64,000 nt of DNA from an uncultured Candidatus Rokubacteria bacterium. Its GTDB lineage: Bacteria; Methylomirabilota; Methylomirabilia; Rokubacteriales; CSP1-6. A program made the position numbers and the translations under genes. Location: positions 288,001 through 352,000 of the forward strand of contig CAWBMV010000001.1 in the NCBI GenBank assembly GCA_963789955.1. Direction: 5' to 3'. Shown here piece after piece: positions 57,009 to 64,000 of this stretch; position 1 is the stretch's first letter, and each line of letters starts with the position of its first letter. Under the pieces are notes generated by a model. It did not search any database, was not told where the DNA came from, and saw only the letters and a program-made list of their open reading frames with translations.

Positions 57009-57853
57009 CCCTTCACCGAGCCGGCCGTCAGGCCGGCCACGTAGTACTCCACGAAGAACGAATAGATGATGGCGACCGGCACCGAGCCGAGCAGCGCGGC
57101 CGCCATGAGCTGGCCCCAGTAGAAGACGTCGCCGCGGATCAGCTCGGTGACCACGCCGATCGGCACCGTGCGGACGTCGCTCCTGGCCAGGAAGATCAGC
57201 GCGTACAGGAACTCGTTCTGGGCCAGGGTGAAGGCGAAGATGCCGGCCGAGAGCAATCCCGGCGTGCACAGCGGCAAGATGATCCGGGTCATCGCCTGGA
57301 ACCGGCTGGCGCCGTCGATCCGCGCGGATTCTTCCAGCTCGCGCGGCACGCTCTTGAAGTAGCCCATCAGGAGCCACGCGCTGAACGGGATCAGCAAGGT
57401 CGGATACGTCAGCATGACGGCCGTCAGCGTGTTGCCGAGCTCGAGCCGGTTGATGATGTCCGACATCGGGATGAAGAGCAGCGGCTGCGGCACGAGGTAG
57501 GTGGCGGCGACGCCGATGGCGACGACGGCCGTGCCGGGAAAGCGCATCCGCGCGAGCGGGTACGCCATCATCGTGCCGATGACGAGCGAGATCACCGTGG
57601 TGACGACCGCGACCAGCATCGTGTTGTAGGTCCACGTGAGGAAGTTCGTCTCGTACAGCAGGTCGACGTAGTGCTTGAGCGTCGGCTGGTAGACGATCAG
57701 CGGCATGATCTTCGCGTTGTAGAGCTCGCGGTTCGGCTTGATCGACGTGATCAGCATCCAGTAGAAGGGAAAGAGCATGCCGACGACGAACACGGCCAGC
57801 GGCATGTAGAGCCGCAGCATTCGCCCGCCGAGCGTGCGCCCGCCGATGATCAC
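57005..57853 (-). CDS. Carbohydrate ABC transporter permease
   Basis: FPFYWML, ELEESARIDGAS, NEFLYAL, GLTAGSVKG. Confidence 0.9.
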   Translation of the reverse strand: MIIGGRTLGGRMLRLYMPLAVFVVGMLFPFYWMLITSIKPNRELYNAKIMPLIVYQPTLKHYVDLLYETNFLTWTYNTMLVAVVTTVISLVIGTMMAYPLARMRFPGTAVVAIGVAATYLVPQPLLFIPMSDIINRLELGNTLTAVMLTYPTLLIPFSAWLLMGYFKSVPRELEESARIDGASRFQAMTRIILPLCTPGLLSAGIFAFTLAQNEFLYALIFLARSDVRTVPIGVVTELIRGDVFYWGQLMAAALLGSVPVAIIYSFFVEYYVAGLTAGSVKG

Positions 57854-57874
57854 GGTCGCCGGGCCCCTGGGCGA

Positions 57875-58807
57875 TCATTCCCGCCGCAGGTAGATCGTCA
57901 GCCCGACGATGAGCACGGCCAGCGCCGGCAGGATCGCCAGCGCGACCGCGGCGCCCATGCCGAGCTGGCCGGCCGACATCCCGATGTCGAACGACAACGT
58001 CGAGAAGACGTGGGTCGCGTTGGCGGGCCCGCCGTGGGTGAGCGCGTAGATGAGCTGGAAGTCGCCGAACGTGAAGATCACCGAGAACATCGTCACGATG
58101 ATCAGCACCGGCTTGATGACGGGCAGGGTGACGTAGAGAAACCGTTGCACGCCGGTGGCGCCGTCGATGGCGGCAGCCTCGTAGAGCTCGGCCGAGATCG
58201 TCTGCAGCCCCGCGAGCAAGGTGATGCCGTAGAAGGGCATGCCGCGCCACGTGTTGACGACGATCAGCGATCCCATCGCCAGGGTGGCGTTGCCCAGGAA
58301 GGAATAGCCGCTGGTGAGCAGCTTGCCGTGCACGAGCAGCCAGTTGACGACGCTGAAGGTGGGATCGAGGATCCACATCCACGCGACCGTCGAGAGCGCG
58401 GTCGGGACGATGAACGGCAGCAGCAGGAACGCGCGCACGAGGTTCCGGCCGCGGAACGCCTGGTTCATGACCAGCGCCATCCCGAGCCCGCCCGTGAGCT
58501 TGAGCACCGTCGTGATCGCGACGTAGACGAACGTGTTGCCGACGACCTGCCAGAAGACGGCATCGTGCGCGAGCGTCACGAAGTTGGCGAAGCCGACGAA
58601 CGTGCCCTGGCTCGCGACCCGGCGTTCCTGCAGGCTCAGGAAGATGCCGTAGAAGAACGGGTAGGCGACGAACGCGAGCAGGAAGAGGACGCCGGGGGCC
58701 AGCATGAGCCAGCCGAAGATCCCTTCCCGCTCGAGGAACCCGCGCAGCGCGGAGCGTCCGGCGGCGACCGGAGCGGTCCGCGCGAGCGTCGCCGGCCGGA
58801 CGGACAT
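57875..58807 (-). CDS. Sugar ABC transporter permease
   Basis: LLAGLQTI..ELYEAAAIDGA, THGGPANAT. Confidence 0.9.
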   Translation of the reverse strand: MSVRPATLARTAPVAAGRSALRGFLEREGIFGWLMLAPGVLFLLAFVAYPFFYGIFLSLQERRVASQGTFVGFANFVTLAHDAVFWQVVGNTFVYVAITTVLKLTGGLGMALVMNQAFRGRNLVRAFLLLPFIVPTALSTVAWMWILDPTFSVVNWLLVHGKLLTSGYSFLGNATLAMGSLIVVNTWRGMPFYGITLLAGLQTISAELYEAAAIDGATGVQRFLYVTLPVIKPVLIIVTMFSVIFTFGDFQLIYALTHGGPANATHVFSTLSFDIGMSAGQLGMGAAVALAILPALAVLIVGLTIYLRRE

Positions 58808-58813
58808 CGCGGG

Positions 58814-60089
58814 CTACTTCGCTTTGTAGATCTGCTTCAGCTGCGGACGCGGCCGTCGCGATGACGTCCTTCGTCGAGTCGCCGCGGCACGCCTTGGCGA
58901 ACATGTCGACGAGCACGTACTTGGCCACGCTCTCCGACATGGCGTGGCTCGGCGGCCCGGGCCACCCGTGCAGCCGCGACGTCTTCAGCGACTCCTTGTA
59001 GGGCAGGTAGCGCGGCTCAGGACCCCACATCGGGTGGTTCTCGTAGCCGTTGAGGAACGGCGCGTAGTAGGCGTCGCCGGACGCGAGCCAGCGCGACAGC
59101 TGCTTATCGTCGTAGAGCCAGCGCAGGAAGGCCTTGGCCGCCGCCTGGTCCGGCGCGTGGGTCAGGAGGGCGTGCGAGACCGGATTCAGAAGGTGGAACC
59201 GGCCCTTGGGCCCCTGCGGATTCATCGCGTGGTCGGTGACCTTGGCGATCTCGGGGAAATCGCGCTTGCCGACCACCAGGATCGACGACGCGTTGTTGGT
59301 GCAGGAGATCTGCTCGCCGAAGAACGACTTGTTGTTGCTCACGTCGGTCCAGCCGAGCACGTCCTCGAACATCGTCTCCTTGTAGAAGCGGCGGCAGAAA
59401 TCGACGGCCTTGGCCGTCTCGTCGGAGTCGATGAGCACGGTCTTGCCGTCCTTGTCGACCTCGCGACCGCCGTACGACCACAGAAGCGGGTAGAGCCAGC
59501 CGTGGTTGTCGCCGAAGCCGTGACCGAGCTCGAAGCCGAAGGGATGGCCGGCCTTCTTGAGCAGGCGCCCGGCCGAGAGCAGGTCTTCCCAGTTGTCGGG
59601 GAACTTGCTGACGCCGGCTTCCTTGAACCAGTCGGTGCGGTACACCTCGAGCTGGCCGATGTTGCCCCACGGCAGCGCCTTCCACTTCTTGTTGACCACG
59701 ACCGCGTCGAGGATGTTGTCGTGCCAGGGACCGATCTTCTTGCCGATCTCGGTCGCGATGTCGGTGAGGTCCACCAGGCTCGCGTCGAAGAGGTGAGGCC
59801 AGTTGAGCGCCGTCATGGCGATCTCCGGTCCCGACTTCGTCTCGGCGATCGTCGTGAGCCGCGTGAGCATCCCGCCCACGCTCGTGGCCTCGTAGTTGAT
59901 CTTGATGCCCGTGAGCTTCTCGTAGTCGGTCGCCAGAGTTTTGGCGAAGTAGTCGTCGAACGGCTTGATGAAGGAGCTCTCGCGGACGACGGTCATGGCC
60001 TTGGGCGCGGCGGCGGCGCGCCGGGCGCCGAGTGTGGCGCCGGCGAGGGCGCCCGCGGTCACGGTCAGGAAGTCGCGACGGGTGGTCAT
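58814..60089 (-). CDS. Extracellular solute-binding protein (family 1) with Tat signal (frameshift near 58845)
   Basis: MTTRRDFL; YRTDWF; FPDNWEDLL; ends QLKQIYKAK*. Confidence 0.88.
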
Positions 60090-60102
60090 GGGATCCTCCC
60101 GA

Positions 60103-60357
60103 CTACTTGCCCGGCTTGGCCGCATCGTCTTTGGCTTTCAGGCGCTCGGCCTGCTCCTCGGCGAGCCTCTGATAGGCGAGATAGTACTTGTCGCTGTTGG
60201 AGACGTAGGTGACCGTCGAGGTCGCCGGTCCACTTCGTGGCGACGGGGCTGCGGAGGTCGAAGGCGCTCGCCGGCGCCTGAGCGGGAGCCTGGGCTGCGC
60301 GACGGCGGCGGGCAGGCAAAGCGCGGGCGGCGGGGCGAGGGACACAATGCGCGTCAT
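60103..60357 (-). pseudogene. Remnant of an MltF-like (substrate-binding + SLT) gene: N-terminus fused to C-terminus
   Basis: KWTGDLDG in one frame overlaps TVTYVSNSDKYYLAY in another; both recalled as terminal motifs of this family. Confidence 0.6.
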
Positions 60358-60432
60358 GAGGCGACCCTCCATACGATGAATGACCGTTCGGGGCAAAGAT
60401 CGCGTTCCGGCGCACGTCACCGCCCGCCGTCC

Positions 60433-60461
60433 TTGACACCCGCGCGCCGGGCGCGTATCAC
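60433..60461 (+). promoter_or_regulatory. Sigma70-like promoter
   Basis: TTGACA-N17-TATCAC, then GGAGG and ATG 60503. Confidence 0.55.
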
Positions 60462-60502
60462 CCAATCGGATCGGCCGTTTAGGCCGAAGAGGAGGACACA
60501 CG

Positions 60503-61439
60503 ATGCGCGCGACCTCGCAGCTCCGGCAGCTCCTGAAGTCCGGCAAGACCGCTGTTCGTGCCCGGCTGCTACAACGCCCTCAGCGCCCGGATCCTCGCCG
60601 ACGTCGGCTTCCCGGCCGTCTACATGACCGGCTACGGCACCTCGCTCTCGCTGCTCGGCATGCCCGACGCGGGGCTGGCGACCATGACCGAGATGCACCT
60701 GAACGCGCGCTACATCGCCAACGCCGTGCCGGTGCCCGTCATCGCCGACGCCGACAACGGCTACGGCAACGCGATCAACGTGATGCGCACGGTGCGCGAG
60801 TACATCGGCACCGGGGTGGCCGGCATCCACATCGAGGACCAGGTGATCCCCAAGCGGTGCGGCCACGTGGCCGGCCGCCGCGTGATCCCGATCGAGGAAG
60901 CCGTGGGCAAGTACCGCGCGGCCGACGCGGTGCGGCGCGAGCTCGATCCCGATTTCGTCCTGATCGCCCGCACCGACGCCCGCGGCGCCACCGGCGGCTC
61001 GCTCGACGAGGCGATTCGCCGCGCCAACGCCTATCTCGCGGCCGGCGCCGACCTCGCGTTCGTCGAAGGGCCGACGAGCGTCGAGGAAGTGCGCCGCGTG
61101 TGTCGCGAAGTGAAGGGGCCGGTGTTCTACAACCAGACCGGCGTGTCGCCGCGGTTCAGCCTCGCGCAGATGCAGGAGCTCGGGATCGCCGTGACCATCA
61201 TCCCCGGCGCGACCTTCCGCGCCACCATCGAGGCGGTCTACGATCTGGCCGTGGCGCTCCGCGACGAGGGCCCGCTGGCCGAGGAGCGCTTCGCCGAACG
61301 GTTCAAGCGCCATCCGCTCGGCGACGTGCACACCTTCGCCGGCTTCGATCGCATCCGCGAGTGGGAGGCGCAGTACTTGCCGCCCGAGGAAGCGGAGAAG
61401 TATGCCGACTCGGTCGGCCACCAGCCCACGCGCAAATGA
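60503..61439 (+). CDS. Isocitrate lyase/PEP mutase superfamily protein, lyase (PrpB-like) branch; frameshift near 60555
   Basis: LGMPDAG, DADNGYG, IEDQVIPKRCGH, IARTDA. Confidence 0.88.
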
Positions 61440-62143
61440 CCGCTTCGCCCGTGCGCAAGCAGATCGTCGCGATGGGCGGCGGCAGCTTCAGCGCCGAGCC
61501 GGACGGCTCGGCCCTGGACGCCTATGTCCTGGCCCTGGCGGGTAAGCCGCGCCCGAAGATCTGCTTCGTCCCGACCGCGAGCGGCGACGCACCGGAGTAC
61601 GCGACGAAGTTCTACGATTCGTTCGCCCGCCGGGCCGAGGCGAGCCACCTCTATCTCTTCGGACGCCCGCGCACGGACATGGCGAGCCTTCTCGCGAGCC
61701 AGGACATCATCTACGTCGGCGGCGGGAACACCGCGAACATGCTCGCGGTGTGGCGCGTGCACGGCGTGGACCGAATGATGCGTGACGCATGGGAGCGCGG
61801 CGTGATCCTGACCGGTGTCAGCGCCGGGATGATCTGCTGGTTCGAGTGCGGGGTGACCGATTCGTTCGGGCCGCTCGCCGCGCTCCGCGACGGCCTCGGC
61901 TTTCTCCCGGGCAGCGCGTGCCCGCACTACGACGGCGAGAAGGACCGGCGGCCCACGTATCAGCGCCTCGTCCGCGGCGGCTTTCCGGCCGGCTACGCCG
62001 CGGACGACGGCGCCGCGCTGCACTTCGTCGACACCGACCTGGTGGCCTGCGTCGCCTCGCGGCCGACGGCCGGCGGCTACCGGGTGCGCGCCGAGAGCGA
62101 CACGGTCACGGAAACGCCGCTCTCTGTTCGTCTCCTCGGCTGA
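61436..62143 (+). CDS. Peptidase E (family S51)
   Basis: FVPTASGD, YVGGGNTANM, GVSAG, CPHYD. Confidence 0.88.
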   Translation: MTASPVRKQIVAMGGGSFSAEPDGSALDAYVLALAGKPRPKICFVPTASGDAPEYATKFYDSFARRAEASHLYLFGRPRTDMASLLASQDIIYVGGGNTANMLAVWRVHGVDRMMRDAWERGVILTGVSAGMICWFECGVTDSFGPLAALRDGLGFLPGSACPHYDGEKDRRPTYQRLVRGGFPAGYAADDGAALHFVDTDLVACVASRPTAGGYRVRAESDTVTETPLSVRLLG

Positions 62144-62423
62144 AGCGGGCGAATCTCGAACACGACACGGCTTCGTTCGTCACGGCGCGCCCGGCTCCTC
62201 AGGGGCTCGCCGAAATAGTCGATCAGGCGGTCGATGCGCCGTGCCGAGTCTCGCTTGAATGGCGTGAACCGATCGAGCACGACCATGGTAGTCATGCCCC
62301 CGCGACGCACTCAACTTCGATGCCATGCCTGAGCCACGCGTTTCCGCGGGGTTGCCCGCTTGCGCCGTCGCGATTGTTTCCGAACGGAACGCGATGTTCC
62401 GGGACGAAACGGTAAATTCGAGC

Positions 62424-63360
62424 TCAGGCCGCTCCGACGTGGGCGGCCATCCGGTCGCGCATCGCCGCATCCGGGAGCCTGCCGGTGGCGGCCTTGAGAT
62501 TGTCGACCATGTGCTGCGGCCGGCTCGTGCCCGGGATCGCGCAGGTCACCGCCGGGTTCGCCAGGATCCACTTCAGGAAAAACTGCGCCCAGCTGTCGCA
62601 GTCGAACTCGGCCGCCCACGGCGGCACCGCCTGGGCGCGCACGCGCTGGAAGAGTCCGCCCTCGGCGAACGGCCGGTTGGCGAGCACGGCGACGCCGCGG
62701 TCGCGGGCCAGGGGCAGGATGCGGCGCTCGGCTTCACGCTCGCCGAGGGAGTAGTTGACCTGGACGAAGTCGAGCGTCTCGGCACGCAGCACGCGCTCCA
62801 GCTCGTCGTAGGCGCTCGACGTGTAGTGCGTGACCCCGAGATAGCGAATGCGGCCGGCCGCCTTCCACTCTCGCAGGGTGCGAAGATGCGTCCGCCAGTC
62901 GAGGAGGTTGTGGATCTGGATCAGATCGAGTCGCTGGGCGCGCAGCCGCTTGAGCGACTGCTCCATCTGCGCCACGCCGGCCTCTCGCCCGCTCGTCCAC
63001 ACCTTCGTGGCCAGGAACAGCTTGTCGGTGATCGCGAGATCCGCGGCGAGATCGCCCACGACCGACTCGGCCGTGCCATACATCGGCGACGAGTCGACGA
63101 CACGTCCGCCCAGCTCGAGCAGACTCTTCAGCACGTCCTTGAGCGGCGCCCGCTCGGATGGCGAGCCTGCCGACGTCGAACACGCGCCACGTGCCGAGTC
63201 CGACCACCGGGATCATCTCGCCGCTGACGGGAATCGGCCGACTCAGCACCGGCGAGGCCGCACCACCGCCGCCCGGACGCACCGCCAGCCCCGCCGCCAT
63301 CAATCCAAGCACCACCCGCCGCGAGAGCCGCCCCGATCGATCGTCATGCCCTCTCCTCAT
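62424..63360 (-). CDS. Aldo/keto reductase with Tat-like signal (frameshift near 63165, start uncertain)
   Basis: [35 protein letters not shown]. Confidence 0.88.
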
Positions 63361-63445
63361 ACCACGGACATACCACGACCACCGACCGAGTGCCTACGCG
63401 ACCCAACCGAGCGAGTGTCTACGCCGAACTGACGAGCGGTAACGA

Positions 63446-63620
63446 CGTGACGAGGGCGGGGCGAGAGCCGGGCGGGTGGCGCAGGGCGCGGCTCCGGCGA
63501 GCCCGGCGGAGTGGGCCCCCCTCGTCCCGCCCGCAGCTCGAAGAGCTGCGAATCGGGCGAGCGGGTGACGCAGCCGGGCTGGCCGGAGCCGGCCCTGCGA
63601 CAGGCCCCGCCCGCCTCACG
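63446..63620. repeat. Nested hairpin element, family 2
   Basis: Arms 63480-63507 and 63573-63599; outer arms 63446-63462 and 63604-63620; inner cgcagctc-GAA-gagctgcg. Confidence 0.7.
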
Positions 63621-63640
63621 CGGCCACCACGCCAGGAGAG

Positions 63641-64000
63641 CTAGCGATCGATTCCGTATTCTTTGAGCTTCCGCCAGAGCGTCGTCCGCCCGATCCCGAG
63701 CGCTTCCGCGGCGCTGGAGTGATTGCGCCCGAAGCGCTCCAGGGTCTGCGAGAATGTGCACGCGCTCGGTTTCGGCGAGCGTCGTCTGGCGCGGAAGCTG
63801 AGGCGAAGGGCCGAGCAGCAGTCCCGCCGACACGTGCGGCGGCAGATCCTCGGGCTCGACGCTGTCGCGGCGAGCCAGGATCGCGGCGCGCTCGATCGCG
63901 TTCTCGAGCTCGCGCACGTTCCCGGGCCAGGGGTAGCGGAGCAGCCGCTCGACCGTCGCGGGCGACAGACGCAGCTCGCGGCCGAGCTTGCCGCCGGCCC
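63641..64000 (-). CDS. Sigma54-dependent transcriptional activator, 3' end (partial; frameshift near 63750)
   Basis: [17 protein letters not shown]; Fis-type [23 protein letters not shown]. Confidence 0.88.
   Translation of the reverse strand, partial: GPAASSAASCVCRPRRSSGCSATPGPGTCASSRTRSSAPRSWLAATASSPRICRRTCRRDCCSALRLSFRARRRSPKPSACTFSQTLERFGRNHSSAAEALGIGRTTLWRKLKEYGIDR

Noticed and set aside
55545..60125. 1526-aa ORF as a giant protein
   Set aside because: It is the solute-binding protein read through a frameshift into off-frame sequence of the permeases and amidohydrolase
60503..61439. PEP mutase / phosphonate biosynthesis
   Set aside because: The active-site loop is KRCGH (lyase branch), not the PEP-mutase EDK-x5-NS motif

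Overview
High-GC (roughly 70% by eye) bacterial chromosomal DNA from a diderm organism. Gene content (LLM oxidoreductase, stand-alone ABC substrate-binding proteins, many ABC importers, TamB/Omp85) resembles Candidatus Rokubacteria/Methylomirabilota; this is an inference. Many genes carry 1-nt frameshifts, worst at about 25.5-28.5 kb, probably long-read indel errors, so several long ORFs in the track are artefactual fusions. Blocks: (1) 3-22 kb, an envelope/signalling island with two sensor kinases, a FixJ-like regulator, two stand-alone receivers, MscS, Pal, small lipoproteins, a truncated sulfatase, an octaheme cytochrome c-TPR protein and a DUF481 remnant; its intergenic regions share an 18-bp palindrome AYNNGAC-N4-GTCNNRT. 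(2) 22.5-29.8 kb, a TamB / Omp85 / SurA-like operon. (3) 30-45 kb, a betaine-type Rieske oxygenase, a GcvT-family dehydrogenase, two phosphonate ABC importers, an FAD oxidoreductase and RidA. (4) 45.6-49.3 kb, an integron cassette array (attI-like site, two clear attC) with no integrase nearby. (5) 49.3-55.6 kb, a sigma54-type operon for triuret/biuret uptake and hydrolysis (trtA, biuH). (6) 55.8-64 kb, a sugar-type ABC system, amidohydrolase, MltF-like remnant, ICL-family lyase, peptidase E, aldo-keto reductase and the 3' end of a sigma54 activator. The most unusual signal is a pair of dispersed ~170-bp hairpin elements with a conserved core but diverged, still self-complementary arms, flanked by a strand-specific G/T synonymous-codon skew. 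No rRNA, tRNA, CRISPR or transposase was recognised.
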